DNA of 64,000 nucleotides from Candidatus Limnocylindrales bacterium (GTDB lineage Bacteria; Chloroflexota; Limnocylindria; Limnocylindrales; CSP1-4): NCBI GenBank assembly GCA_036392215.1, contig DASVYJ010000027.1, positions 15,637 to 79,636 of the forward strand, read 5' to 3'. Shown piece by piece: positions 18,661 to 30,171 of this stretch (position 1 is its first letter; each line of letters starts with the position of its first letter). The notes under the pieces were generated by a model. It saw only the letters and a program-made list of their open reading frames with translations, ran no database searches and was not told where the DNA came from. The position numbers and the translations under genes were made by a program.

Positions 18661-19745
18661 TCAGCAGATGCGAGGGAGCTGCTCCCCGACGAGCATGTCG
18701 ACGATGCGCTCGGCCCCGACGAGGGTCCGCATCGTGACCATGCCGGGATGGTCGGCCACGACGCGCCCGATGACGACGGCGCCCTCGCCCTCGGGCAGCG
18801 AGCGCATCGCGGCGACGACCGCCTCGGCCGACGCCGCCGGCACGATCGCGACGCACTTGCCCTCGTTGGCGACGTGGAGCGGGTCCAGGCCGAGCATCTC
18901 GCAGGCCGCCCGGACGGGACCCGGGATGGGGATGGCCGCGTCCTCCAGGACGATCCCGACACCGGACGCGGCCGCGATCTCGTTGACGGCGGAAGCCAGC
19001 CCGCCGCGGGTCGGGTCCCGCAGGACGTGGGCGTCCGGACAGGCGGCCAGGACGGCGGCCGCGAGCCGGTGCAACGGCTGCGTGTCCGAGGCGATCTCGG
19101 CCTCGAATTCGAGCCCCTCGCGGACGCTCATGATGGCGATCCCGTGGAGGCCGATGGGTCCGGAGAGGACCACCGCGTCGCCGGATCGGGCACGGTCCGC
19201 CCCGAGGGACACGCCCTCGCCCAGCAGGCCGATGCCCGCCGTGTTGACGAACAGCTGGTCCGCCGCGCCCCGGCCCACCACCTTCGTGTCTCCGGTGACC
19301 ACGGGCACGCCCGCGGCCGCGGCCGCGCGGGCGACCGAGGCCGTCACGGTCCGCAGCTCCTCGAACGGCAGGCCCTCCTCGATGACGTAGGCGAGCGAGA
19401 GGGCGACCGGTCGGGCGCCCATCATCGCCAGATCGTTGATCGTCCCGTTGACCGCCAGCTCGCCGATGTCGCCGCCCGGGAAGGCGAGCGGCGAGACGAC
19501 GAACGAGTCGGTGGTGAAAGCGAGGCGCTGGCCGTCGACCTCGACCACCGCGGCGTCGTTCAGGGGACCGCCGGGCGCTGCCGGCGCGAGGGCCGGCCCG
19601 AGCACGTCGCGGTACAGCGCCGCCGAGAGCTGGCCGCCGGAGCCGTGACCGAGCAGCACCCGCTCGGTCTCGGGGATCGGCGCCGCGCAGGCCGCCGCGA
19701 GCGGGTCGAGGGTCGCCCGGAGCGGGTCGCCGAGGGGCCGCTCGC

Positions 19746-19749
<4 letters not shown>
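18661..19749 (-). CDS. hypE: Hydrogenase maturation protein HypE (carbamoyl dehydratase)
   Basis: Ends ...VGEQLPRIC (PRIC motif). AIR-synthase-like fold. ATGA overlap with hypD. Confidence 0.9.
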
Positions 19750-20914
<1,165 letters not shown>

Positions 20915-20918
<4 letters not shown>

Positions 20919-21244
20919 GACGAGGCGCCCGGGGCGACCGCGGGGCCGTGCAGGGCGGCATCGTCGGCGACCGCCGGCGCGTCCATCCCCGGTCCCATCG
21001 TCGCCAGCTCCTGCTGGACGAGGTCGCCCATCATCTCCAGCATCTCGAGCGTCCGGAGGGCCTCCTCTTCGTCGACCCGGCTGATCGCGAAGCCGACGTG
21101 GACGACGACGTAGTCGCCCAGGCCCACCTCCGGCGTGTAGGCCAGGCAGGCCTCCTTGCGCACGCCGCCGAAGTCGACGCGGCCCATCCGGAGCGGACCG
21201 TCATCGCGGATCTCGACCACCTTGCCGGGGATGCCCAGGCACAT
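20915..21244 (-). CDS. hypC: Hydrogenase maturation chaperone HypC
   Basis: [12 protein letters not shown] start. GAGGAGGG RBS. ATGA overlap with hypD. Confidence 0.85.
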
Positions 21245-21262
21245 GCCGCTGCCCTCCTCGCG

Positions 21263-23752
21263 TCAGGACGCCAGACGCGCCGCTGCGACGGCCGCCTGTC
21301 CGAAGCTGATCCCGCCGTCGTTGGCCGGGACCGCCCGATTGAGATGGACCTCGAGGCCGTCCCGGCCGAGACGCCGGGCGAGGGTCGAGGCGAGCCACTG
21401 GTTCTGGAAGACGCCGCCCGAGAGGCAGACGGCGCGCAGGCCGGTGTCCGCGGCCACCGCTCCGACGAGCTCGCGGGTGGCCGCGACCATCGTCTCCTGG
21501 AAGCGCGCGGCGAGCCGGGCCGGGGCGACGCCGTCGGCGAGGCCGGCCAGGAGGGTCCGCAGGATCGGCCGTGGATCCAGGACGAGGAGGCCGTCACGCC
21601 GGACGAGGCGGTACGGCAGCGGCGCGTGCGGGCCCGGCTCGGCGAGCAACTCGAGCTCGATGGCGGCCTGCGCCTCGTATTCGGCCACGTCGCGGATCCG
21701 GAGCAGCGCCGCGGCCGCGTCGAACAGCCGGCCGGCCGACGAGGCGAGCGGCGCGTTGAGGCCGCGGGCCACCTGGACCCGGACGACCTCGACCTCGCGC
21801 GGGTCGAGCCGAGCCAGGAAGGGGGTCGCGAGCTCGGGCGGCAGCCAGGACTCCATGGCCCCACCATCCTCGGCGCCGAACAGGAAACCCAGAGCCATCC
21901 GGTACGGTTTCCTGACGGCCATCGCGCCCCCCGGCAGGGGGGCCAGCCCGAACCGCGCGACGCGCCGGTAGCCGGCCAGGTCGGCCACCAGCAGCTCGCC
22001 GCCCCAGAAGGTCCCGTCGTCGCCCATCCCCAGGCCGTCGTAGGCGACGCCGATGAACGGGTCGCGCAGGCCGGCTTCCGCGGCCGCCGAGACGACATGG
22101 GCGTGGTGGTGCTGGACGCCGATCCGCCGGTCGGGCGGGAAGTGGGCGACCGCGTACTGGGTCGAGAGGTAGGCCGGGTGCAGGTCATGGGCGACGACCA
22201 TCGGCTCGAGGGCGAGCAGCCGCTCGAGGTGGGCGAGGTTGTGCTCGAAGGCGCGGTGGGTCAGGAGGTCCTCGAGGTCGCCGGTGTGCGGCGCGACGTG
22301 GGCCCGCCCCTCCCGGGCGAGGGTGAAGGTGTGCTTGAGCTCGGCCCCGACGGCGAGCAGCGGCACGGGGCTCGGGACGGGCAGGGGGAGCGGCTCGGGG
22401 GCGTAGCCGCGGGCCCGCCGGACGATCGACTCCCGGCCCCCGACCGCCCGCGTCACCGAGTCGTCGTAGCGTGCGCGGATCTCGCGGTCGTGCTGCAGGA
22501 ACGCGTCGGCCAGGCCGCCGAGCCGCTCGAGCGCCTCCGCGTCGTCGGTCGCCAGGGGCTCGTCGGCGACGTTGCCGCTGGTCAGGACGATGGGCCGGCC
22601 GAACCCCTCGAGGAGCAGGTGGTGGAGCGGGGTGTACGGCAGGAAGAGCCCGATGCGGCGGTCCACGCGGCCCCCGCCCGACGCCTCTGCCGGGGCTGAC
22701 GGGGCGGTCGTCTCGCCGGCCGCGGCGGCGACGACCGAGTCGGCGAGGGCGGGCGTCGCGTCCGGCCGGCGGTCGAGCAGCACGATCGGCCGGGCCGGTG
22801 AGCTGAGCAGCCGCGCCTCCAGGGCCGAGACGCGGGCCTGCCGCCGCGCCGCCGCGAGGTCGCGGACCATCACCGCGAACGGCTTCGCCCAGCGCTGCTT
22901 GCGGTCCCGGAGGCGGTCGACGGCGGCGCGGTCGGTCGCGTCGCAGGCGAGGTGATACCCGCCGAGGCCCTTGATCGCGACGATCCGGCCGGCGCGGAGA
23001 TCGGCCAGGGCGGCCTGCAGGGCGTCCTCGCCGGAGGCGCGGGCTGCGGCGTCGCCGGGCCGGCGATAGGCGAGCCGGGGGCCGCAGCGGGGGCAGGCGA
23101 CGGGCTCGGCGTGGAAGCGCCGGTCGGCCGGGTCGCCGTACTCGCGCCCACAGTCGCCGCAGAGCGGGAAGTCCCGCATGGAGGTCCGCGCCCGGTCGTA
23201 GGGCAGGTCCTCGATGATCGTCGCCCGCGGTCCGCAGTTCGTGCAGTTGATGAAGGGGTAGCGGTAGCGGCGGTCGGCCGGGTCGGCCAGCTCGCGGAGG
23301 CAGGCGTCGCACGTCGCGATGTCGGGCGGGAAGAGTCGCCCCGCGGTCGTCCCCGCCTCGCTCTCCTCGATGACGACGCCGCTGCCCGGAGCGGGCCAGT
23401 CGGCGGCGGCGAGCTCGAGCGCGGCCACGGCCTCGACGCGCGCCCGCGGCGGCGCGTCCGCCACGAGCCGTCGTTCCAGGGCAGCCAGCGCCGGAGAGGG
23501 CCCAGCCACCTCGACCTCGACCTCGCCCGCCCGGTTGCGGACGCGGCCGTCCAGGCCGAGCTCGCTGGCGAGTCGCCAGACGAACGGCCGGAAGCCGACG
23601 CCCTGGACGACGCCGGTCACGAGGAGCCGGCGGCCGAGTCGCTCGCCCGGCCCGGTCCCCGGCTGCCTCGCGGGTGGCGCGGAGGCGTGCTCGACGGCGG
23701 CGTCGAGTGCCGGCCCGGTCGGGTCGGCCGAGGGTCGGGAGCGGGACGCCAT
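21263..23752 (-). CDS. hypF: Carbamoyltransferase HypF
   Basis: Acylphosphatase domain (VTGVVQGVGFRPFVWRLA), two Zn-finger motifs (CDACLREL..CTNCGPR, CGDCGREY..CPRCGPR), YrdC-like domain and Kae1-like domain. The start at MASRSR overlaps the hypA stop by 1 nt. Confidence 0.9.
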   Translation of the reverse strand: MASRSRPSADPTGPALDAAVEHASAPPARQPGTGPGERLGRRLLVTGVVQGVGFRPFVWRLASELGLDGRVRNRAGEVEVEVAGPSPALAALERRLVADAPPRARVEAVAALELAAADWPAPGSGVVIEESEAGTTAGRLFPPDIATCDACLRELADPADRRYRYPFINCTNCGPRATIIEDLPYDRARTSMRDFPLCGDCGREYGDPADRRFHAEPVACPRCGPRLAYRRPGDAAARASGEDALQAALADLRAGRIVAIKGLGGYHLACDATDRAAVDRLRDRKQRWAKPFAVMVRDLAAARRQARVSALEARLLSSPARPIVLLDRRPDATPALADSVVAAAAGETTAPSAPAEASGGGRVDRRIGLFLPYTPLHHLLLEGFGRPIVLTSGNVADEPLATDDAEALERLGGLADAFLQHDREIRARYDDSVTRAVGGRESIVRRARGYAPEPLPLPVPSPVPLLAVGAELKHTFTLAREGRAHVAPHTGDLEDLLTHRAFEHNLAHLERLLALEPMVVAHDLHPAYLSTQYAVAHFPPDRRIGVQHHHAHVVSAAAEAGLRDPFIGVAYDGLGMGDDGTFWGGELLVADLAGYRRVARFGLAPLPGGAMAVRKPYRMALGFLFGAEDGGAMESWLPPELATPFLARLDPREVEVVRVQVARGLNAPLASSAGRLFDAAAALLRIRDVAEYEAQAAIELELLAEPGPHAPLPYRLVRRDGLLVLDPRPILRTLLAGLADGVAPARLAARFQETMVAATRELVGAVAADTGLRAVCLSGGVFQNQWLASTLARRLGRDGLEVHLNRAVPANDGGISFGQAAVAAARLAS

Positions 23753-24072
23753 CAGGGCAGCTCGATCTCGACCTGCTCGTCGAGGACCGCCGAGAGGGAG
23801 GCTCCGCCACAGCTCGGGCAAGCGGCGTCGACCTCGGCGGCCTGGAAGGCCGAGCCGCAGCCGACGCAGAGGTGTTGCACCGGAAGATGGACGATCGGCA
23901 CACCGTCCGCACCGGCGCCCGGCAGCTCGGCCGCCAGGTACGTCCGGAGCGAGGCGTCGAACTCGGCGGCGCCGTGGTGGCCGCCGCGGACCAGCAGCCG
24001 GACGTCCGCCGGGTCCAGGCCGCGTTCCCGGAGCGTCGCGGCCACCGCCCGCGCCAGCCCTGCCTCGTGCAT
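23752..24072 (-). CDS. hypA: Hydrogenase nickel-insertion protein HypA
   Basis: MHEAGLARAV start. C-terminal CVGCG...CPSCGG zinc motif. ATGA overlap with the protease gene. Confidence 0.85.
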   Translation of the reverse strand: MHEAGLARAVAATLRERGLDPADVRLLVRGGHHGAAEFDASLRTYLAAELPGAGADGVPIVHLPVQHLCVGCGSAFQAAEVDAACPSCGGASLSAVLDEQVEIELP

Positions 24073-24563
24073 CAGGCGGCCAGGTCCCAGAGCGCGCGGC
24101 GGGCGAGGGCGACCGCCTCCGGCAGGGCCGCGGCGACGGCGGCGCTCGGCTCGAGGCCGATCTCGATGCTCGCCGGCTGCACGCCGACCAGGGCGACCCG
24201 CTCGGGGAGCGTCCCGGCCAGGCGGGCCGCGCCGAGCAGGTCCGAGACACCTACCTGGTGCGGCGAGACGTGGTGGGCCAGGGCCCCGTGCAGGGCGTCG
24301 CCCTCCAGCAGGGCGATCGAGCCCGCCGGCCGGCGGAGGTCCACCGCGTCGATGAGCAGGACCGCCCGGGCGTCCTCGATGCGCGGCAGGAGGTCGAGCC
24401 CGAGCGTCCCCCCGTCCACCACCTCCGTCCCGGGCGGCAGGGCGCCGCCCGCCTCGCCCGCCTCCGCGGCGAGCGTCCGCGCGACGAGGACGCCGAGGCC
24501 CTCGTCGCGCAGCAGGATGTTGCCGATGCCGAGGGCCAGCAACGGCCCGTCGGCTCGGCTCAC
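24072..24563 (-). CDS. Hydrogenase maturation endopeptidase (HyaD/HybD/HupD family)
   Basis: LLALGIGNILLRDEGLG...LIDAV...GDALHG. GTG start with a GTGA overlap onto the cytochrome b gene. Confidence 0.85.
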   Translation of the reverse strand: MSRADGPLLALGIGNILLRDEGLGVLVARTLAAEAGEAGGALPPGTEVVDGGTLGLDLLPRIEDARAVLLIDAVDLRRPAGSIALLEGDALHGALAHHVSPHQVGVSDLLGAARLAGTLPERVALVGVQPASIEIGLEPSAAVAAALPEAVALARRALWDLAA

Positions 24564-25366
24564 CGCGAGATCTCCTGGATGTGGATGCCGCCGTCACGGG
24601 CGTGGTCGATGTCGCGCCGGGTGACGAACTTGAAGCCGCTGAAGATGCTCGACATCAGTCCGCTCTTCTCCCAGTGGTCGACCAGAAGCGCGCTGTAGAC
24701 GTGGTGGATCATGAAGGCAAGGATGGCCCACATGAGGAGGTGGTGCACGACCCGGACGGTCCCGATCCCGAGCATCGCCGGAAGCCAGCCGAACAACGAG
24801 GCGGCGAGGCCGCCGTGGACGCCCTCGAGGGCGAAGCCGGTCAGAGTCTGCAGCAGGAACAGGAAGAACACCACCAGGTAGGTGCCGGCGGCCAGGGCGT
24901 TGTGGCCGAGGATGGCTGGCAACTCGCGGCGGAGGAACAGGTACCAGCCGGTCTGGCGGCCGAACTCGGCGAGGTGGCGACGGTTGGTGGGGATGAAGGC
25001 CCGCCAGTTCGCGAACTGGTTGCCGGCGAAGAGCCAGTACGTGCGCAGGACGCCGGAGGCCAGGAAGGTGAACGCCGCCAGCATGTGGATGAAGCGGACG
25101 GTGTTCATCATGAACGGGGTCGCCGGCAGGAGGAACGGGTCCGCGATGTAGCCGCCCGTGACCGAGAGCAGGAGGACCGTCGCGACGGTCACCCAGTGGG
25201 TGACCCGGACGGGCACCTCCCAGACGTAGACCCGGACGCGCTGGCAGGGCAGCAGCTCGCTGAGCGGCTCGCACTCCTCCTCGGTCAGGCCGGACAGGCC
25301 GACCCGCGAGGGCTCGAGCGGCTCGATCGGGCGCCGGCCCGGCATCGGCTCGCTGATGGTCGTCAT
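24560..25366 (-). CDS. Ni/Fe-hydrogenase b-type cytochrome subunit (HyaC/HupC)
   Basis: Four TM helices with conserved His (VRFIHMLAAF, HHLLMWAILAFMIHH). GAGGAGG RBS. Confidence 0.9.
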   Translation of the reverse strand: MTTISEPMPGRRPIEPLEPSRVGLSGLTEEECEPLSELLPCQRVRVYVWEVPVRVTHWVTVATVLLLSVTGGYIADPFLLPATPFMMNTVRFIHMLAAFTFLASGVLRTYWLFAGNQFANWRAFIPTNRRHLAEFGRQTGWYLFLRRELPAILGHNALAAGTYLVVFFLFLLQTLTGFALEGVHGGLAASLFGWLPAMLGIGTVRVVHHLLMWAILAFMIHHVYSALLVDHWEKSGLMSSIFSGFKFVTRRDIDHARDGGIHIQEISR

Positions 25367-25378
25367 CGTCGCGGCCTC

Positions 25379-27085
25379 CTAGACGACCCGGATCTCGACG
25401 GAGCTGCCGGCGTCCGGGTCGTAGACGTGCACGGCACAGGCCATGCACGGGTCGAACGAGTGGACGGTCCGCAGGACCTCGACCGGCTTGGTCGGGTCGG
25501 CGATGGGCGTTCCGACGAGCGCCTCCTCCCAGGCGCCCCGCCGGCCCTTCGCGTCCCGCGGCGAGCCGTTCCAGGTGCTCGGCACGACGAGCTGGTAGTT
25601 GTGGATCTTCTCGTCGTCGATGACGATCCAGTGGCCCAGCGCGCCCCGCGGCGCCTCCTCCATCCCCCAGCCCTCGGCGTGCGTCGGCCACGAGCTCGGG
25701 TCCCACTTCGAGACGTCGGCCACGGCGAGGTCGCCGGTCGCCAGGTTCTGCTCGAGCTGGGTCAGCCAGGTGCCGAGGCGGGCCGCGATCAGCTGCGTCT
25801 CGACCGCCCGGGCGGCGATCCGGCCGAGCGTGCTGAAGAGGGCCTCGGGACCGACCTTGAGCGTCGAGAGGACGCCGTCGACAGCCGCCTTGACGTCCTT
25901 GTGGCCCGAGGCATACGCGACGAGCATCCGGGCCAGCGGCCCGACCTCCATCGGCTGGTCCTCGTAGCGGGGGGCCTTCAGCCAGCTGTACTTGTCGCTG
26001 TCGATGTGGTCGAAGGGCGGGGTCGGCCCGCTGTACTTCGGGTTCGTCTCGCCCTTGAGCGGGTGGTGCAGGCTGGCGTCGCCGTCGCTGTAGGTGTACC
26101 AGCTGTGGGCGACGGTCTCGCCCACGCCGAGCTGGTCGACCGGCAGGACCTTCGAGAGGTCGCGCCCCATGACCCGGCCCCGCGGCAGGTAGAGCCCGGC
26201 CGGCAGGCCCGAGTCGTCCTCCGGGAACTCGCCGTAGGCCAGGTAGTTGCCGATGCCCTTGCCGTAGCCGGCCCAGTCCTCGTAGAAGCCGGCCACCGCC
26301 AGGACGTCGGGGATGTAGACCTTGTCGACGAACTCCTTGGCCTGGGCGATCAGCTCGGCGATCTCGGACAGCCCGCGGGCGTTGAGGGCGGTCGGCGAGT
26401 TCGGGTCGAGGCCGAGGGCCATGCCGCCTACCGCGTAGGTCTGCGGATGGGGGTTCTTCGAGCCGAGCAGGGCGTGGATGCGGATGACCTGGCGCTGCCA
26501 GTCGAGGGCCTCGAGGTAGTGAGCCACCGCGAGCAGGTTCGCCTCGGGCGGCAGCTTGTAGGCCGGATGGCCCCAGTAGCCGTTGGCGAACGGGCCGAGC
26601 TGGCCCGAGGCGACGAAGGTCTTGAGCTTGGCCTGGACGCCGGCGAAGTAGGTGGCGCTCGACTTCGGCCAGTCGCTGATGGCCTGGGCGAGCGAGGAGG
26701 TCTTGGCGGGATCGGCCGAGAGGGCCGAGACGACGTCGACCCAGTCGAGGGCGTGCAGGTGGTAGAAGTGGATGACGTGGTCCTGGACGTACTGGATGCC
26801 GGCGATCAGGTTGCGGACCAGGCGTGCGTTCCGGGGGATCCGCAGGCCGAGGGCCTGCTCCACCGCCCGGACAGAAGCCAGGGCGTGGACCGTGGTGCAG
26901 ACACCGCAGGCCCGCTGGGCGAAGACCCACGCGTCGCGCGGGTCGCGGCCCTGGAGGATGAGCTCCATCCCCCGGAACATCGTGCCGCTGCTCCAGGCGT
27001 CGGTCACGACGCCGTTCTCGACCTCCACCTCGATCCGGAGGTGGCCCTCGATCCGGGTGATCGGATCGACAGCGATGCGGGTCAT
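25379..27085 (-). CDS. [NiFe] hydrogenase large subunit, group 1 (membrane-bound uptake type)
   Basis: The MTRIAVDPITRIEGH start carries the N-terminal RxCGxC (RACGVCTTVH). The C-terminus is DPCMACAVHV (the DPCxxC Ni-Fe ligands). GGGAGGA RBS. The first 13 codons of the ORF were trimmed. Confidence 0.95.
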   Translation of the reverse strand: MTRIAVDPITRIEGHLRIEVEVENGVVTDAWSSGTMFRGMELILQGRDPRDAWVFAQRACGVCTTVHALASVRAVEQALGLRIPRNARLVRNLIAGIQYVQDHVIHFYHLHALDWVDVVSALSADPAKTSSLAQAISDWPKSSATYFAGVQAKLKTFVASGQLGPFANGYWGHPAYKLPPEANLLAVAHYLEALDWQRQVIRIHALLGSKNPHPQTYAVGGMALGLDPNSPTALNARGLSEIAELIAQAKEFVDKVYIPDVLAVAGFYEDWAGYGKGIGNYLAYGEFPEDDSGLPAGLYLPRGRVMGRDLSKVLPVDQLGVGETVAHSWYTYSDGDASLHHPLKGETNPKYSGPTPPFDHIDSDKYSWLKAPRYEDQPMEVGPLARMLVAYASGHKDVKAAVDGVLSTLKVGPEALFSTLGRIAARAVETQLIAARLGTWLTQLEQNLATGDLAVADVSKWDPSSWPTHAEGWGMEEAPRGALGHWIVIDDEKIHNYQLVVPSTWNGSPRDAKGRRGAWEEALVGTPIADPTKPVEVLRTVHSFDPCMACAVHVYDPDAGSSVEIRVV

Positions 27086-27086
27086 G

Positions 27087-28262
27087 TCAGCCGATCCTCC
27101 CGTTGGTGTCGAGGCCGTCGCCACCGAGCCGGTCGTCGAGTGGCGGCGGTGACGGCGGCGCCGAGGCAGCCGTCGCGGCGCGCGTCTCCGCGCGATCCGC
27201 GCGCTTGCGTCGCGCGTAGCTCCCGACCCCGTGGAGGACCGAGAGGCCGGTCACCCCGCCGACGAGGGCCAGGCCGATCTGGTCCGCCGTCGCGTCGGTC
27301 GGGAAGCCGGGCACGCTCGCCAGGCGGCGGTAGAACGGGCCCATCTGGTCCCAGAAGCGAGGCATGGTGCAGCCGACGCAGCCGTGGCCTGCCTTGACCG
27401 GCCAGCTCGTGCCGTCGTTGAAGCGTGCGGTCGGGCAGTTGGCGAAGGTCTCTGGACCCTTGCAGCCCATCTTGTAGAGACACCAGCCCTGGCGATGGCC
27501 CTCATCGCCCCAGGCCTGGACGTACCGTCCCGCGTCGAAGTGGGCCCGCCGCTCGCACTGGTCGTGGATCAGCTGGCCATAGGCGAAGAGCGGCCGACCC
27601 ATGCTGTCAGTGGCCGGGAACTGGCCGAACGTCAGGTAATGGACGATGGTCGCCGTCAGGTTCTGGACGTTCATCGGGCAGCCGGGCAGGTTGATGACCT
27701 TCGCGCTCGGGACGATCGAGACCACGCCGGTCGCGCCGGTCGGACCGCCGTTCGCGGCTGGCAGGCCGCCGTCGAAGGCGCAGCTGCCCACGGCGATGGT
27801 CGCCAGGGCGTTGCCGCAGACCTCCTGGACGACGGACTCGAACGTCCGGCCGCCGACCGTGCAGTAGATGCCGCCCGCGCCGGTCGGCACCGCCCCCTCG
27901 ACGACGGCGATGTACTTGCCCTTGAACGCCGCCATCGTATCCTGGCGCGACTTCTCGGCCGCCGTGCCCGCCGGGCTCATGATCGTCTCGTGATAGTCGA
28001 CCGAGAGCGTGTCGAGGACGAGCTCGGCCACCGTCGGATGCGAGGCCCGCAGGAAGGCCTCGGTGTTGCCGGCGCAGTCCTGGCCCTCGAGCCAGATCAC
28101 CGGGACGCGTGGCGCGGCTTCGAGCGCCTTGGCGATCCTCGCTCCATACAGCGGCGGCAGCGACAGGGCCGCGGCCATCGCCGAGGTGAACTTGAGGAAC
28201 GAGCGACGGCTCACCCCTCGTTCCGTCAGCAGGGCCAGCAGCCCCTGCTCCGAGCTGTCCAT
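27087..28262 (-). CDS. [NiFe] hydrogenase small subunit with Tat signal and C-terminal membrane anchor
   Basis: MDSSEQGLLALLTERGVSRRSFLKF is a twin-arginine motif. FeS cluster Cys ligands are present. C-terminal hydrophobic anchor IGLALVGGVTGLSVL. The first 54 codons of the ORF were trimmed. Confidence 0.9.
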   Translation of the reverse strand: MDSSEQGLLALLTERGVSRRSFLKFTSAMAAALSLPPLYGARIAKALEAAPRVPVIWLEGQDCAGNTEAFLRASHPTVAELVLDTLSVDYHETIMSPAGTAAEKSRQDTMAAFKGKYIAVVEGAVPTGAGGIYCTVGGRTFESVVQEVCGNALATIAVGSCAFDGGLPAANGGPTGATGVVSIVPSAKVINLPGCPMNVQNLTATIVHYLTFGQFPATDSMGRPLFAYGQLIHDQCERRAHFDAGRYVQAWGDEGHRQGWCLYKMGCKGPETFANCPTARFNDGTSWPVKAGHGCVGCTMPRFWDQMGPFYRRLASVPGFPTDATADQIGLALVGGVTGLSVLHGVGSYARRKRADRAETRAATAASAPPSPPPLDDRLGGDGLDTNGRIG

Positions 28263-28669
28263 CCAGCGGCACCCCTCGAACACGGGGGGCGAGCGCGCGC
28301 GGTCGGGGGTACCAGGGGACGCGTGGTGAGGCTCGCGCGGTCGCCCGACGGCCGAATCACACACTGCCGCCGTGCACCTTCTCCCCTGCCGGACGGACCC
28401 TCCCGCTCGGGCCGAACGGCCCATTCATGCACGGTTGCGCACACATGGGCATATGCACGTGAAGGGTCCCGCCCGCGCCGGCCGGGCTGGCCGCGACCGG
28501 GCGGATCGCGGCACGCCTCGGGCTGGCGTGGCGGGCCGGCACGGGCCGCTGGAACAGGCCTGACGGCCCTACCCATCGCCGCGGCCGGGGTGCCACGCTC
28601 GACACAGCCGCGCGGCCACGCGACGGTCTGCCCCGTGCGCGACCGGGCGGTCCGATGAAGGAGGCCGCC

Positions 28670-29191
28670 ATGACCGTGGATGTGCCTGCAGCCAGCGGAC
28701 CGCACCCTGGCCTGCTCGACTGGCTCGCCAGTCACCGCGTCGACTACGAGCTCCACGAACACCCCGAGACCTTCACCGCGCGCGAGACCGCGCGCGCGGA
28801 GCGGATCGACCCGCGGACGTTCGCCAAGACGGTCGGCGTGGTGACCGACGATGGCCGCCGGGCGCTCCTCGTGCTCGACGCGACGGACCACCTCGACCTG
28901 GTCAAGGCGCGCAAGGTCCTCGGAGCCGGACGCGTCCACCTCCTGACCGAGCCGGAGCTCCTCGAGCTGTGCCCCGGCTGCGATGTCGGGGCCATGCCCC
29001 CCGTCGGCGAACTCTTCGGCGTCAGTGTCCATGCCGACTTCGCCGTCCGCGAGGATCCCCAGATCACCTTCCACGCCGGCAGCCATCGCTTCTCGGTCCG
29101 GCTCGATCGTCGCGCCTGGGAAGAGGCCGGCCGGGTCGTGTATGGCGACCTGGCCGCGGATTCCGAGGAACCTGCCTGGTCCCGGTCGTAG
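28670..29191 (+). CDS. YbaK/ProX-family aminoacyl-tRNA deacylase domain protein
   Basis: GAAGGAGG RBS before the second ATG. ...FAKTVGVVTDDGRRALLVLDATDHLDLVKARKVLG...LCPGCDVGAMPPVG is the YbaK-like fold. Confidence 0.85.
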   Translation: MTVDVPAASGPHPGLLDWLASHRVDYELHEHPETFTARETARAERIDPRTFAKTVGVVTDDGRRALLVLDATDHLDLVKARKVLGAGRVHLLTEPELLELCPGCDVGAMPPVGELFGVSVHADFAVREDPQITFHAGSHRFSVRLDRRAWEEAGRVVYGDLAADSEEPAWSRS

Positions 29192-29203
29192 CCGAGGTCC
29201 GAG

Positions 29204-29686
29204 ATGAAGCCCATGCCCGGGGCCGGTGTCGGCGTGCCCGCCGCCCGGTCGGGCTCGTACGCCCTGGTCTGGATCGACTCGCACGAGGCCCGGCTCGTCC
29301 GGTGGGCGGACGGCCCGCGCCTGGCCGTGGTCACCTCCGACGTCCCGGTCCACCGCCGGTCGACCGGTGACGGCCGGCCCGATGGCGTGACCGGTCACGG
29401 TGGAGCGGGCCCGGAGCCCGCCGAGCCGCGCCGGCTCGCCCACCTCGAGCGCTACCTGGAGCGCGTGGCCGCGGAGCTGGACGGGGTCGCCGCGGTCGAG
29501 GTGCTCGGCCCCGGCACCGTCCGCGAGCACCTTGTCCGTGTCCTCGGACGGAGCCATCCCGGCGGCCTGCTGCCCGCCGTGACGACCGAGGCGGCCCCTC
29601 GGATGACGGAGCGCCAGCTCATCGCGGAGCTCCGCCGCCGGCTCGGTCTGGCCCCGCCTCGGCGCGCGGTCGGCGCGGGCCGCTGA
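29204..29686 (+). CDS. Hypothetical protein (possible release-factor-like or host-attachment-like fold)
   Basis: Codon usage is consistent with the neighbours. No firm domain call. Confidence 0.45.
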   Translation: MKPMPGAGVGVPAARSGSYALVWIDSHEARLVRWADGPRLAVVTSDVPVHRRSTGDGRPDGVTGHGGAGPEPAEPRRLAHLERYLERVAAELDGVAAVEVLGPGTVREHLVRVLGRSHPGGLLPAVTTEAAPRMTERQLIAELRRRLGLAPPRRAVGAGR

Positions 29687-29754
29687 CCGACGGGCCCGGA
29701 CTGCGGGCCGGATGGCCTTGGCAGCGGGACGGCGGGCCGGCGAGACTCGGCGGC

Positions 29755-30105
29755 ATGAACGTCCTGCTCATCCTCAACGACGGTCCGTACGGTACCGAAC
29801 GCTCGTACAACGGCCTCCGCCTGGCGACCTCGCTGGCCAGGACAGAGGGCACCACCGTCCGCGTCTTCCTCATGGCCGACGCGGTCGCCTGCGCGAAGCC
29901 GGGCCAGACGACGCCCGACGGCTACTACAACGTCGGGCGGATGCTCCGCGGGCTGACGACCCGGGGCGTCGCCGTCGGCGCCTGCGCGACGTGCATGGAT
30001 GCGCGCGGCTACGCCGACGCGGACCTCCTCGACGGGATCCACCGCTCGTCGATGGCGGAGCTGACGGCCTGGACGCTCGAGGCGGACAAGGTCGTCACCT
30101 TCTGA
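29755..30105 (+). CDS. DsrE/DsrF-family (YchN-like) protein
   Basis: MNVLLILNDGPYGTERSYNGLRLATSLA...GACATCMDARG. Confidence 0.85.
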   Translation: MNVLLILNDGPYGTERSYNGLRLATSLARTEGTTVRVFLMADAVACAKPGQTTPDGYYNVGRMLRGLTTRGVAVGACATCMDARGYADADLLDGIHRSSMAELTAWTLEADKVVTF

Positions 30106-30121
30106 GGCGCGTCACGATCGC

Positions 30122-30143
30122 GGGCCCGATCGGGGCCCGATCG
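30122..30143. repeat. Tandem 11-bp direct repeat GGGCCCGATCG x2 (self-complementary GGGCCC and CGATCG cores) in a convergent intergenic gap
   Basis: Seen in the sequence. Probably a terminator-like structure. Confidence 0.3.
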
Positions 30144-30171
30144 CTGCCGCCGTCGCACGTCGCGGCGCCGG

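Noticed and set aside
21031-23912. 385-aa and 575-aa minus-strand ORFs and several plus-strand ORFs inside hypF
   Set aside because: Alternate frames of hypF, which is itself supported by acylphosphatase, Zn-finger, YrdC and Kae1 motifs.
24581-27397. 938-aa (+) and 778-aa (-) ORFs over the hydrogenase cytochrome b and large subunit genes
   Set aside because: Antisense or alternate frame of the canonical cytochrome b and large-subunit genes.
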